DNA of 64,000 bases from Rhodospirillales bacterium (GCA_034382075.1 JAXMOZ010000004.1:5740-69739); one strand, 5' to 3'; counted from the stretch's first letter, positions 53,756 to 63,061 are shown. The notes: generated by a model from the sequence alone, not told the origin. Translations and numbers: made by a program.

Positions 53756-55189
53756 TCAGACGCTGGTACCGCCGACCGTTAGCGCGTCGATTCTGAGCGT
53801 CGGCTGGCCCACCCCCACCGGCACCCCTTGCCCGTCCTTGCCGCAGGTGCCGATGCCGGGGTCGAGCTGCATGTCGTTGCCGATCATCGACACCTTGGTC
53901 AGCACGCTCGGGCCGTCGCCGATCAGCGTCGCTCCCTTCACCGGCGCGCCGATCCGCCCGCCCTCGATTTTGTAGGCCTCGGTGCAGGAGAAGACGAACT
54001 TGCCGGACGTGATGTCCACCTGGCCGCCGCCGAAGGCGACGGCGTAGAGGCCGCGGTCGACCGAGGCGATGATCTCCGCCGGATCGTGCTGGCCGGCCAG
54101 CATGTAGGTGTTGGTCATCCGCGGCATCGGCCGATGGGCGAAGCTCTGCCGCCGGCCGTTGCCGGTCGACGACGCCTGCATCAGCCGGCTGTTCTGCCGG
54201 TCCTGGATCAGCCCGACGAGGATGCCGTCCTCGATCAGCATGGTCCGCTGCGACGGCGTGCCCTCGTCGTCGACGCTGAGCGAGCCGCGCCGGGACGCCA
54301 ACGTGCCGTCATCGACGATGCTGACACCGGGGGCGGCGACCCGCTGGCCGACCCGCCCGGCGAAGGCCGAGGTCTGCTTCCGGTGGAAGTCGCCCTCCAG
54401 GCCGTGGCCAATGGCCTCGTGCAGGAGGATCCCCGGCCAGCCCGGCCCCAACACCACCACCATCTCGCCGGCCGGGGTATCGACCGACGAGAGGTTCACC
54501 AGCGCCTGGCGCAGGGCTTCGTCGGCCGCGGCCTGCCAGGTTTCGGGGCGAAGGTATTCGCCGAACTCCACCCGCCCGCCGGTGCCGAAGCTGCCCGTCT
54601 CCAGCCGGCCGTTCTCCTCCACCACGACCGAGACGTTGAGGCGGACCAGCGGGCGGATGTCGGCGACGCGGTCGGCGTTTGCGCGGACGATCTGCACCAC
54701 CCGCCATTCCCCGGCCAGCGACACCGAAACTTGGCGGACGCGGGCGTCCTTGCCGCGCGCGTAGGCGTCGATCGCCGCCAGCACCGCCACCTTCTCGGCG
54801 AACGGCACCGCTGCGAGCGGGTTGTCGCTGGAATAGAGCGCGGTGTTGGTCGAAGGCGGCGCCAGCGCGAGGACGCCGTCGTGCCCGGACAGCGCCGCGC
54901 GCACGGTGGCGCCGGCTTGGCGCAACGCCTCCTCGGTGAGGCTGGTTCCGTGGGCATAGCCGGTCGCCTCGCCGGCGACCGCGCGAAGGCCGAAGCCCTG
55001 CTCGGTGTCGAAGCTGGCGCTCTTCAGCCGGCCGTCGTCGAAGGCGAGGCTCTCGGCCTGGCGATACTCGAGGTAGAGCTCGCCGTCGTCGGCGCCGGCC
55101 AAAGCGTCCTCGACCAGATCCCGGGTTCGCTGCCGGTCCAGCCCGCCGTTGCCGTAGAACAAGCCGTCCGCCGTCAGAATGTCGCTCAT
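53756..55189 (-). CDS. tldD: Metalloprotease TldD
   Basis: MSDILTADGLFYGNGGLDRQRTRDLVEDAL..., HEAIGHGLEGD zinc motif, 477 aa. Confidence 0.95.
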   Translation of the reverse strand: MSDILTADGLFYGNGGLDRQRTRDLVEDALAGADDGELYLEYRQAESLAFDDGRLKSASFDTEQGFGLRAVAGEATGYAHGTSLTEEALRQAGATVRAALSGHDGVLALAPPSTNTALYSSDNPLAAVPFAEKVAVLAAIDAYARGKDARVRQVSVSLAGEWRVVQIVRANADRVADIRPLVRLNVSVVVEENGRLETGSFGTGGRVEFGEYLRPETWQAAADEALRQALVNLSSVDTPAGEMVVVLGPGWPGILLHEAIGHGLEGDFHRKQTSAFAGRVGQRVAAPGVSIVDDGTLASRRGSLSVDDEGTPSQRTMLIEDGILVGLIQDRQNSRLMQASSTGNGRRQSFAHRPMPRMTNTYMLAGQHDPAEIIASVDRGLYAVAFGGGQVDITSGKFVFSCTEAYKIEGGRIGAPVKGATLIGDGPSVLTKVSMIGNDMQLDPGIGTCGKDGQGVPVGVGQPTLRIDALTVGGTSV

Positions 55190-55349
55190 GTCAGGTCCGT
55201 GCCGATGAGAAGGGTTGTTGCGTCATATGGGCGGTGAGTGCCGCCGCATCGACCACTGCGTCCAGTTTCGGGCGCCGGATTTCCAGGTTTACGCGCTGCG
55301 GAAAATCTGTGACAGCTTCCGCCATGGGCGAACGATCGGGCGGTGGGCG

Positions 55350-56552
55350 ATGAAGGACGACACGGCGGCCGGATCCTGGCGGGAGGCGACCAGGCTCGTC
55401 CGCGCCGGGCTTCAGCGTTCTGGCTTCTGCGAGACCAGCGAAGCCCTGTTCATGACCTCGGGCTACGTCTACGGCTCGGCCGAGGAGGCGGAGGAGGCCT
55501 TCTCCGGCGTTCGCAGCCGCTTCGTCTACTCCCGCTACGCCAACCCGACGGTGCAGATGTTCGAGGACCGCCTCGCCGCCCTGGAGGGGGCTCGGTTCTG
55601 CAAGGGCACCGCCAGCGGCATGGCGGCGGTGTTCGGGGCGCTCGCCTGCCAGCTTCGCGCCGGCGACCGGATCGTCGCCTCCCGGGCCCTGTTCGGCTCC
55701 TGCCAATACGTGGTGGCCGAGATCCTGCCGGCCTTCGGCATCGAAGCCGAGTTCGTCGATGGCCGCGACCTTGGGGCGTGGGAGCGGGCGCTGTCGAGGC
55801 CTGCGGCCTGCGTGTTCCTCGAAAGCCCGTCGAACCCAATGCTCGAGATCGTCGACCTCGCCGAGGTCTGCCGGCTGGCGAGGGCCGCGGGAGCGCGGAC
55901 GGTGATCGACAACGTCTTCGCCACGCCGCTGTTGCAGCATCCCTTCGCCTACGGCGCCGACATCGTCATTTACTCCGCGACCAAGCATATCGACGGCCAG
56001 GGCCGCAGCCTCGGCGGTGCGGTGCTCTGCAACGATCAGGACTTCGTCGAAAACACCCTGATCCCGTTCCTTCGCCACACCGGCCCGGCGCTGAGCCCGT
56101 TCAACGCCTGGCTGCTGCTGAAGGGCCTGGAGACGCTGGAGCTGCGGGTGACACGCCAGTGCGCCAACGCTATTGCCCTGGCCGAGCATCTGCAGGCGAT
56201 GCCCGGGATGGAGCGGGTGTTCTACCCCGGGCTTGCCAGCCACCCGCAACATGAGCTGGCGATGCGGCAGATGTCGGCCGGCGGCACGGTGCTGTCGTTC
56301 ACCCTTCCGGGCGGCAAGGCGCCGGCGTTCCGTTTTCTCAACGGGCTGGCGCTGATCGACATTTCCAACAACCTGGGCGACACGAAGACGCTCGCCACCC
56401 ACCCGGCCACGACCACCCACCAGCGGCTCACGCCGGAGGAGCGGGCCGAACTCGGCATCGCCGACGGCACGGTGCGGATCTCGGTCGGCCTGGAGCACAT
56501 CGACGACCTTCGCGAGGACGTGAGCCGGGCGATGGCCGCGGTGTCTGCCTGA
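55350..56552 (+). CDS. metZ: O-succinylhomoserine sulfhydrylase (Cys/Met-metabolism PLP enzyme)
   Basis: TRLVRAGLQRSGFCETSEALFMTSGYVY...YSRYANPTV...SATKHIDGQGRSLGG (PLP Lys)...ATTTHQRLTPEER. Start at ATG 55350 (MKDDTAAG). Confidence 0.88.
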   Translation: MKDDTAAGSWREATRLVRAGLQRSGFCETSEALFMTSGYVYGSAEEAEEAFSGVRSRFVYSRYANPTVQMFEDRLAALEGARFCKGTASGMAAVFGALACQLRAGDRIVASRALFGSCQYVVAEILPAFGIEAEFVDGRDLGAWERALSRPAACVFLESPSNPMLEIVDLAEVCRLARAAGARTVIDNVFATPLLQHPFAYGADIVIYSATKHIDGQGRSLGGAVLCNDQDFVENTLIPFLRHTGPALSPFNAWLLLKGLETLELRVTRQCANAIALAEHLQAMPGMERVFYPGLASHPQHELAMRQMSAGGTVLSFTLPGGKAPAFRFLNGLALIDISNNLGDTKTLATHPATTTHQRLTPEERAELGIADGTVRISVGLEHIDDLREDVSRAMAAVSA

Positions 56553-56556
56553 GGAC

Positions 56557-57210
56557 ATGGCGGCACGCCTCGGCGGCGCGCTTCTCGTTCCCCAGCCGGC
56601 GCGGCTCGCCATCGGCGAGGGCGCGGTGCTCCTCGGCGGCTTCGCCGCTCAGGCCGCGGACCGTCTGGTCGCGGCCATCGGCGAGGTCGCGGCGCAAGCG
56701 CCGTTTCGCACCATGATCACGCCTGGCGGCCGGCAAATGTCGGTGGCCATGACCAACTGCGGCGCCGCCGGCTGGGTCAGCGATCGCGCCGGCTACCGCT
56801 ACAGCCGGACGGACCCCGACAGCGGCAAGCACTGGCCGGCGATGCCGGAGCTGTTCGCCGAGCTTGCGGCGGACGCCGCCGCCGCAGCGGGATACCCGGG
56901 CTTCGCTGCCGACGCCTGCCTGGTCAACCGCTATGAGCCAGGCGTCCAGCTCTCCTTGCACCAGGACCGCAACGAGCGCGACTTTTCCGCCCCGATCGTC
57001 TCGGTCTCGATGGGGCTGCCGGCGGTGTTCCTGTTCGGCGGCAGCGCCCGCAACGACCGGGCGCGCGCCGTCGCCCTGCATCACGGCGACGTCGTCGTCT
57101 GGGGCGGCCCCTCGCGGCTCGTCTATCACGGCGTCCGCAGGCTGGCGGAAGGGATCCACCCCGCCACCGGCCGCGTCCGCTTCAACCTGACGCTGCGCCG
57201 GGCGCTGTAG
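56557..57210 (+). CDS. alkB: Alpha-ketoglutarate/Fe(II)-dependent DNA/RNA dioxygenase AlkB
   Basis: ...PGGRQMSVAMTNCGAAGWVSDRAGYRYS...ACLVNRYEPGVQLSLHQDRNERD...HHGDVVVWGGPSRLVYHGV...RFNLTLRR. Confidence 0.9.
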   Translation: MAARLGGALLVPQPARLAIGEGAVLLGGFAAQAADRLVAAIGEVAAQAPFRTMITPGGRQMSVAMTNCGAAGWVSDRAGYRYSRTDPDSGKHWPAMPELFAELAADAAAAAGYPGFAADACLVNRYEPGVQLSLHQDRNERDFSAPIVSVSMGLPAVFLFGGSARNDRARAVALHHGDVVVWGGPSRLVYHGVRRLAEGIHPATGRVRFNLTLRRAL

Positions 57211-57246
57211 GAGCGCGTATCGAAGGGTTCGGATGAAGGGGACGCG

Positions 57247-57426
57247 ATGACGACCTACACGTTCCGCATCGTGGTGGAGCCCAACGACGGCGCGTGGCAT
57301 GCCTGCTGCCCGGCGCTGCAGCAGTACGGCGGGGCAACCTGGGGTGCCACCCGCGAGGAGGCGCTACAGAACATTCGCGAGGTCATCCAGCTGTTCGTCG
57401 CGGACCTGACCGAAGCGAGAGAGTAA
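57247..57426 (+). CDS. hicB: HicB-like (UPF0150) antitoxin-family protein, 59 aa, no partner toxin
   Basis: MTTYTFRIVVEPNDGAWHACCPALQQYGGATWGATREEALQNIREVIQLFVADLTEARE*. Below the 60-aa track cut-off. AAGGGGA RBS 5 nt upstream. Confidence 0.7.
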   Translation: MTTYTFRIVVEPNDGAWHACCPALQQYGGATWGATREEALQNIREVIQLFVADLTEARE

Positions 57427-57499
57427 TTAGAGCGCGTTCCGAAAAAATTGACGCACCAGGCGCGAGCAGCGTTCCGCGCTCGATCTTCTTATCATTATC

Positions 57500-57568
57500 C
57501 GTCACCCCCGGACTTGTTCCGGGGGCCTGCGGAAGGACTGGATAGCCGTGACAAGCACGGCCATGACG
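57500..57568 (+). repeat. Repeat family B, full copy
   Basis: cgtcaCCCCCGGActtgtTCCGGGGGcctgcggaaggactggataGCCGTGacaagCACGGCcatgacg. Confidence 0.85.
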
Positions 57569-57640
57569 ACTTTCTTCAGTAGGTGCCTACCCTCAATTAT
57601 GGCTTTGGGGTAGAGCTCTAAATGAGCCCCGACCGCGATA

Positions 57641-57754
57641 TCAGGCAGTCGCCCCTCTGCTGCGGGCTGCCATGATCGCGTCGGTCTCGGCGGTCGCTTC
57701 GTCCCTGAAACACCATGAGGCGGCGATCGAGCAATCCAGTACGAGACCGCTCAT
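57641..57754 (-). pseudogene. vapC: Truncated VapC (PIN-domain) toxin gene, 37 codons
   Basis: MSGLVLDCSIAASWCFRDEATAETDAIMAARSRGATA*: typical VapC N-terminus with the first PIN Asp, ATGA-coupled to the upstream antitoxin, but it stops after 37 codons (a full PIN domain is about 130 aa). Confidence 0.6.
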
Positions 57755-57990
57755 CGCCTCCCCTCGTCGCGCAGGTCCTTCCAGTTCAGATCGCCGAGGG
57801 TCAAGCCGGCGCGGACCGCCTTCAGCTTGCTGATGACCTCATCCACGCGCTCCCGGTCCGCGACCGTGGGAGGAGCGAGACGCGCGATCGCCTTCCCGTG
57901 CCGGGTGATCAGCACTTCCTCGCCTTCGGCGACCCGCTCCAGCAACTCCGCCAGATGTGTCTCCGCCTCTGAAGCTCCTACGGTCAGCAT
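57751..57990 (-). CDS. vapB: Type II antitoxin, Phd/YefM-like (VapB position)
   Basis: MLTVGASEAETHLAELLERVAEGEEVLITRHGKAIARLAPP... is a Phd/YefM-type N-terminal domain. The inverted repeat TCACC-t-GGTGA (58022..58032) lies 32 nt upstream. Confidence 0.8.
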   Translation of the reverse strand: MLTVGASEAETHLAELLERVAEGEEVLITRHGKAIARLAPPTVADRERVDEVISKLKAVRAGLTLGDLNWKDLRDEGRR

Positions 57991-58052
57991 TCGCTCCCCA
58001 CCGCATTACCCCACAGTGTGTTCACCTGGTGACCTGCAGGCGCACCCCGCTC

Positions 58053-58472
58053 CTACGTCTGCACCCACGGCAGGCCGTCGACCTTCCAGCCGGATACGGT
58101 GCCGCGGTGGCGTTGGCCGTCGGGATCGCCCTCGAAGCCATAGGCGATGTTATAGCACGGGCCGAAGCCGGCGGCGGTGAGCGCCGCGGCCGCGGCGCGT
58201 GAGCGCACGCCTGAGCGGCAAAGCAGGACGACCGGAGCGCCCGGTTCGAGTGCCTTTCCGGCCTCGTCGAGGAAGCGCTCGTTGGGTTGCATGGCGGGGA
58301 AGTCGATCCAGGGGACCAGCACCGGCTTTTTGCCGATGCCGCTGAGGTCGGGGATGCCGACATACGCCCATTCCGCCGGCGTGCGCACGTCGACGAGCAC
58401 CGCCTGCGCGTCCGAGCACAGCAGCTCCCACGCCTGCTTCGGGCTGAGGTCGCCCGCATACGCCTGGTTCAT
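58053..58472 (-). CDS. Rhodanese-domain sulfurtransferase
   Basis: Single rhodanese domain with the active-site loop VVLLCRSGVRSRAAA. ATGA overlap with the upstream FprA-like gene. Confidence 0.88.
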   Translation of the reverse strand: MNQAYAGDLSPKQAWELLCSDAQAVLVDVRTPAEWAYVGIPDLSGIGKKPVLVPWIDFPAMQPNERFLDEAGKALEPGAPVVLLCRSGVRSRAAAAALTAAGFGPCYNIAYGFEGDPDGQRHRGTVSGWKVDGLPWVQT

Positions 58473-59878
58473 TCGGATACCTCCTCCTTCCGACTTTCAT
58501 CGCCGCCGCCGGCATCATCGGCGGCTTTCACCGGGTGGTCGAGGATTGCGAGCATCTCGGCCAGGGTCGTGAACTTCTTTCGCGGCGCAGGCGGGCGCGC
58601 CGCCGCCACCTCGGCCTGGTCGATGGCATGCCAGTCGGCAAAGCTCACCGGGCGGACGCCCCGCTCCGCCAGCAGCCGGGCCAGAGCCTGGCGCCCCGGC
58701 TTCTTGCCAGGCTCCGCGTCGGCTCGGATCTGCGCCGCGCAGGCCTCGCCGTCCGGCCGGTTGCTGGAGATCACGCCCACGGGGCCGCGCTTCGCCCAGC
58801 CGACGACGTAGAGCCCGGTCTCGACGCGGCCGTCGGCGCTGGGGATCAGCCCGCGGGTGGCATCGAAGGGCACGCCGGCCAAGGGCCGGCAGCGATAGCC
58901 GATGGCCGTGACGATGGTGCGGCAGGCCACATCCTCGAAGCGGCCGTTGCCCGCGACCCGGCCGTCCTTCGGCGCCAGTGCTTCCAGCCGAATGCCGGCT
59001 GCGGCGCCGTCGCCGAGGATAGCCACCGGTGCGGCGAAGAAGCGAAAGCGGATCCGCTTCGGCTTCTCTCGCCCGGTATGCGCGGCGAAACGGCGAAACA
59101 GCGCCAGGTTCTTCTCGACGCGCCGCCTCTCCCGCTCGTCGGCGATCGCTAAGGTATCAGGGAGGTCGGCCGGATCGGCCACCGCCACCGCCTCGTCGAG
59201 GTCGAGCAGTTCGCGGAGCTCGGCATTGGCGAAGCGGGCTTCCGCAGGGCCGCGCCGGCCGACGATCAGCACCTCTTCGATGCCGGCGGGGCGCAGCGTC
59301 CGGACGGCGTAATCGGGCGTGTCCGAGGCGGCGAGCTCGGCCTCGGACATCACCAGGATGCGGGCCACGTCGAGGGCGACGTTGCCGTTGCCGACGACCA
59401 CCGCCACCGGCCCGGCGACGACGGGATCCAAGCCGCGGAAGTCCGGATGGCCGTTGTACCAGCCGACGAACAGGGACGAGCCGTAGACGCCGGGGCGGTT
59501 CTCCCCGGGGATGCCGAGCGCCCGGTCGCCCGGCGAGCCGACCGCGAGGACGACGGCGTCGTAGCTCCGCCGCAGCTCGTCGAGGCTCACGTCGCGGCCG
59601 ACCTCGACGTTGCCGAAGAACCGGACGGCACGCTCCAGCGCCATGCGCTCGAACTTCTGCGCCACCCGCTTGGTCGACTGATGATCGGGGGCGACGCCGG
59701 CGCGGATCAGCCCGTAGGGCGTCGGCAACCGCTCGATGATGTCGATCTCGACATCGCGGCCCAAATCGCCATGGGTATCACGACAGGTATCAGCACGGGC
59801 ATCGCCGTGGGCGAGAAGCGCTTCGACGGTGTAGAAGGCGGCCGGCCCGGCGCCGACGATGGCGACGCGGAGGGCCAT
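58469..59878 (-). CDS. FprA / adrenodoxin-reductase-type NADPH:ferredoxin oxidoreductase
   Basis: MALRVAIVGAGPAAFYTVEALL...ERLPTPYGLIRAGVAPDHQSTK...VVVGNGNVALDVARIL...GWAKRGPVGVISSN: collinear with Mycobacterium FprA-type enzymes as I remember them. Confidence 0.85.
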   Translation of the reverse strand: MALRVAIVGAGPAAFYTVEALLAHGDARADTCRDTHGDLGRDVEIDIIERLPTPYGLIRAGVAPDHQSTKRVAQKFERMALERAVRFFGNVEVGRDVSLDELRRSYDAVVLAVGSPGDRALGIPGENRPGVYGSSLFVGWYNGHPDFRGLDPVVAGPVAVVVGNGNVALDVARILVMSEAELAASDTPDYAVRTLRPAGIEEVLIVGRRGPAEARFANAELRELLDLDEAVAVADPADLPDTLAIADERERRRVEKNLALFRRFAAHTGREKPKRIRFRFFAAPVAILGDGAAAGIRLEALAPKDGRVAGNGRFEDVACRTIVTAIGYRCRPLAGVPFDATRGLIPSADGRVETGLYVVGWAKRGPVGVISSNRPDGEACAAQIRADAEPGKKPGRQALARLLAERGVRPVSFADWHAIDQAEVAAARPPAPRKKFTTLAEMLAILDHPVKAADDAGGGDESRKEEVSE

Positions 59879-59903
59879 CAGCGGGCGCTGATGCGGCCGC
59901 TGC

Positions 59904-60953
59904 TCATGCCCCGCCGGGCGGCGCCGTGTCGCTGGCCGAGGCCGCTACGGTCCAGGTATCGCCCCGGCGCAGCACCCGGTTCAGAGCCTCCGCCGAAGCC
60001 ACCGACCGTGGTCCCTCGCCGCGGCGCTCGCCGAAGCTCAACTGTGGGTCGGCGTAGAGCACGCCCAGCGCCACCGGCATCGCCGGCGGCTGCATCGCCG
60101 CCAGGAGACCCGCCAGCGTCCGGTTGGTCGCGTCATGCACCAGCACCTCGTCGGCGCCGGCGCCATCCTCCCCGATCTCGACCACCTCGAGGCTGAGGTC
60201 GCGCGGGTTCAGCCGCAGCCCCTTGCGCCCGCCGGCGAACACCAGCGGCTTGCCGTGCTCGACCAGCAGTTGCTGCTGGTCGGCGGCATTGCGGCCGGTG
60301 AACTCGGCGAAGACCTCGTCGTTGTAGACGATGCAGTTCTGGAAGATCTCGACGAACGAGGCGCCGCGGTGGGCCTGCGCCGCCTTCAGCACCGCAATCA
60401 GGTGCTTCTGCTGGGTGTCGATGGCCCGCGCAATGAAGCGCGCGCCGGCGCCCAGGGCGAACTGCACCGGCGAGACCGGATCTTCCACCGAGCCGCCGGG
60501 CGAGGACGGGCTCCGCGTGCCGACCCGAGAGGTGGGCGAATACTGTCCCTTGGTCAGCCCGTAGATCTCGTTGTTGAACAGCAGGATCTGCAGGTCGACG
60601 TTGCGCCGGAGCACATGCAGCATGTGGTTGCCGCCGATCGACAGGCCGTCGCCGTCGCCGGTGATTACCCAGACGTCGAGCTCCGGGTTGGTCATCTTCA
60701 CCCCGGTGGCGACCGCCGGCGCCCGGCCGTGGATCGTGTGGAAGCCGTAGGTCGCCATGTAGTAGGGGAAGCGCGACGAGCAGCCGATGCCGGAGACGAA
60801 CACCGTCCTCTCCGGCCGTGCTCCGATGTCCGCCAGGGTCTTCTGCACCGCCTTGAGGATGGCGTAGTCGCCGCAGCCGGGGCACCAGCGAACCTCCTGG
60901 TCCGAGGCGAAGTCGCTGGGCTTCAGCGGCGCGGCGGGGGCGACGACGTTCAT
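59904..60953 (-). CDS. korB: 2-oxoglutarate:ferredoxin oxidoreductase, beta subunit
   Basis: FASDQEVRWCPGCGDYAILKAV...GIGCSSRFPYY...TGDGDGLSIGGNHMLHVLRRN (TPP motif). Confidence 0.92.
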   Translation of the reverse strand: MNVVAPAAPLKPSDFASDQEVRWCPGCGDYAILKAVQKTLADIGARPERTVFVSGIGCSSRFPYYMATYGFHTIHGRAPAVATGVKMTNPELDVWVITGDGDGLSIGGNHMLHVLRRNVDLQILLFNNEIYGLTKGQYSPTSRVGTRSPSSPGGSVEDPVSPVQFALGAGARFIARAIDTQQKHLIAVLKAAQAHRGASFVEIFQNCIVYNDEVFAEFTGRNAADQQQLLVEHGKPLVFAGGRKGLRLNPRDLSLEVVEIGEDGAGADEVLVHDATNRTLAGLLAAMQPPAMPVALGVLYADPQLSFGERRGEGPRSVASAEALNRVLRRGDTWTVAASASDTAPPGGA

Positions 60954-62836
60954 GCTGTTTGCTCCAGCCGCTCGAGGATCGCGTGCTGGATCTCCTCGAT
61001 CTTGAAGGGAAGGCCGGTCACCTTGGTCAGGGACTCGGCGGCCAGCAGATAGCGGGCGCGGAGCAGGGCCACGAGCTGGCCCGCGTTCATCTCCGCGACC
61101 ACCACCTGCTCGTAGCCGGCGAGAAGCGCGCCGAGGTTGGCCGGGAACGGGTTGAGGTGGCGCAAGTGGATGTGGGCGACGTCGTAGCCGCGATCGCGCA
61201 TCACCAGCACCGCCCGGTTGATCGGGCCATAGGTCGAGCCCCAGCCGACGATGGCCAGTGGCCCGCGGTCGAGGCCGAGTTCCGGCCGCTGCGCCGGAAT
61301 GTCGCGGGCGATGCCGTCGACCTTGGCGGCACGGGTATCGACCATCCGCTGGTGGTTCTTCGGGTCATAGGAGATGTGGCCGTAATCTTGGGCTTTCTCG
61401 ATGCCGCCGATCCGATGCTCGAGCCCGGCCACGCCGGGAGGCGCCCACGGCCGCGCCAGGGTCTCCGGATCGCGGACATAGGGGAGGAAGTCCTCGCCGG
61501 TCTCGCTCCGCTCGGCGAAGCCGATCGGGAACGGCGCCATGGCCTCGACGTCCGGGATCTGCCAGGGCTGGGCGGCGTTGGCGATGTAGCCGTCGGAGAG
61601 CAGCATCACCGGGGTCATGTAGCGGCTGGCAAGGCGCACCGCCTCGACCGCCACCTCGAAGCAGTCGGACGGCGAACGCGCGGCCAGCACGACCACGGGG
61701 CTTTCCCCGTGCCGGCCGAACATGGCGAGGTTGAGATCGGACTGCTCGGTCTTGGTCGGCATCCCGGTGGACGGACCGGCGCGCTGGGTGTCGATCACCA
61801 CCAGCGGCAGCTCCGCGGCCACGGCGAGGCCGATGGCCTCTGCCTTCAGCGCGATCCCCGGCCCCGAGCTGGAGGTGACGCCCATGGCCCCGGCGTAGGA
61901 GCCGCCGATGGCGGCGCAGACGGCAGCGATCTCGTCTTCGGCCTGCAGCGTCTCCACGCCCGCCTCGCGGTTCGCGGTCAGGATGTGCAGCACCGGCGAC
62001 GCCGGCGTGATCGGATAGGAGCTGAAGAACAACCTGAGCCCGGCGAGGTGGGCGCCGGCCATCAGCCCCCAGGCCAGGGCCTCGCTGCCGGTGACCGTCC
62101 GGTAGAGGCCGGCGGCGATGGGTGCGGCCGGAAGGACGCAGCCGACCATGTCTCCCGACAGCTCGGCGGTTTCGCCGTAGGCATGGCCGGCGTTCAGGGC
62201 GGCGATGTTGGCCTCGGCGATGGGCGTGTCGCCGTAGCGCTGCTTCATCCAGGCGACGGTGGCGTCGCGCTCGCGGCCGTACATCCAGTAGACGAGCCCC
62301 AGCGTCCACATGTTCTTGCAGCGGAGCGCGTCCTTCTGCGACAGGCCCAGCGGCTTCACCGCCTCGAGGGTCAACGCGGAGATGTCGATCTCGATCCGCC
62401 GATAGGCATCCAGCGAGCCGTCGGCGAGAGGGTCGGCGGCGTAGCCGGCCTTGCGCAGGTTCCGTTCGGAGAACGAGCCGATGTCCAGGATCAGGACGCC
62501 GCCCGTCCGCAGGTTGGGCAACTCCACCTTCAGCGCTGCCGGGTTCATCGCCACCAGCACGTCCGGCGCATCGCCCGGCGTCTTGATCGACCGGCCGCCG
62601 AAATTGATCTGAAAGGCGGAGACACCGTACGTCGATCCGGTGGGAGCGCGGATCTCGGCGGGAAAATCCGGGAAGGTGGCGAGGTCGTTGCCGGCGAGCG
62701 CCGCGGCGGCCGCGAACTTGGCGCCGAGCACCTGGATGCCGTCGCCGGAGTCGCCGGCGAAGCGGACCACGACCGCTTCGAGCTCCTGGCGCCCGCGCAC
62801 TTGCGATTTTGCGCTTTGCGTCGAGAGAATGTTCAT
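60950..62836 (-). CDS. korA: 2-oxoglutarate:ferredoxin oxidoreductase, alpha subunit
   Basis: MNILSTQS...VVVRFAGDSGDGIQVLG...FPDFPAEIRAP...SSYPITPAS...EDEIAAVCAAIGGSYAG. C-terminal 628 aa of the 1001-aa track ORF. ATGA overlap with korB. Confidence 0.92.
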   Translation of the reverse strand: MNILSTQSAKSQVRGRQELEAVVVRFAGDSGDGIQVLGAKFAAAAALAGNDLATFPDFPAEIRAPTGSTYGVSAFQINFGGRSIKTPGDAPDVLVAMNPAALKVELPNLRTGGVLILDIGSFSERNLRKAGYAADPLADGSLDAYRRIEIDISALTLEAVKPLGLSQKDALRCKNMWTLGLVYWMYGRERDATVAWMKQRYGDTPIAEANIAALNAGHAYGETAELSGDMVGCVLPAAPIAAGLYRTVTGSEALAWGLMAGAHLAGLRLFFSSYPITPASPVLHILTANREAGVETLQAEDEIAAVCAAIGGSYAGAMGVTSSSGPGIALKAEAIGLAVAAELPLVVIDTQRAGPSTGMPTKTEQSDLNLAMFGRHGESPVVVLAARSPSDCFEVAVEAVRLASRYMTPVMLLSDGYIANAAQPWQIPDVEAMAPFPIGFAERSETGEDFLPYVRDPETLARPWAPPGVAGLEHRIGGIEKAQDYGHISYDPKNHQRMVDTRAAKVDGIARDIPAQRPELGLDRGPLAIVGWGSTYGPINRAVLVMRDRGYDVAHIHLRHLNPFPANLGALLAGYEQVVVAEMNAGQLVALLRARYLLAAESLTKVTGLPFKIEEIQHAILERLEQTA

Positions 62837-62900
62837 CGTTCCCCTAGGAAGACCCGGACGTCCGCGCACGACATCGTCCGCAAGCGCGGTTGCAATCTCG

Positions 62901-62912
62901 AACCATATGGTT
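62901..62912. promoter_or_regulatory. Perfect 12-bp palindrome in the korA-pmbA divergent region
   Basis: AACCATATGGTT, 65-76 nt upstream of the korA ATG in a lower-GC stretch. No regulator can be assigned. Confidence 0.2.
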
Positions 62913-63061
62913 ATGCCTCGGATCATGATGCAACATGCGTGTTGTGACAACGCCGCCGTACCTTCTATCCTCGCCCCCGCGCGTGCCTTGATGCGAGTTC
63001 CGCCGCGGTTGTCATGGCGTTCGGAGCGATTGCGCGCCGATGCTGCAGATCGCGGGGACCG

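Noticed and set aside
55190-55349. SAM-II (metA-type) riboswitch in the metZ leader
   Set aside because: This would be expected for alphaproteobacterial met genes, but I could not find the GGCUU...AAAGCU pseudoknot pattern. Only a mismatched GGAUUUCC/GGAAAAUC stem is present. A covariance-model scan (Rfam SAM-II, SAM-V) would be decisive.
57427-57499. hicA toxin partner for the HicB-like ORF
   Set aside because: The flanks contain only short inverted or direct repeats (gagcgcgttccg ... cgttccgcgctc) and a family-B element. No ORF with a HicA-like sequence occurs in any frame.
62837-63040. FNR/FixK-type box in the korA-pmbA divergent region
   Set aside because: The best candidate, TTGCA-TCAT-GATCC, matches only about 6 of 10 consensus positions of TTGAT-N4-ATCAA.
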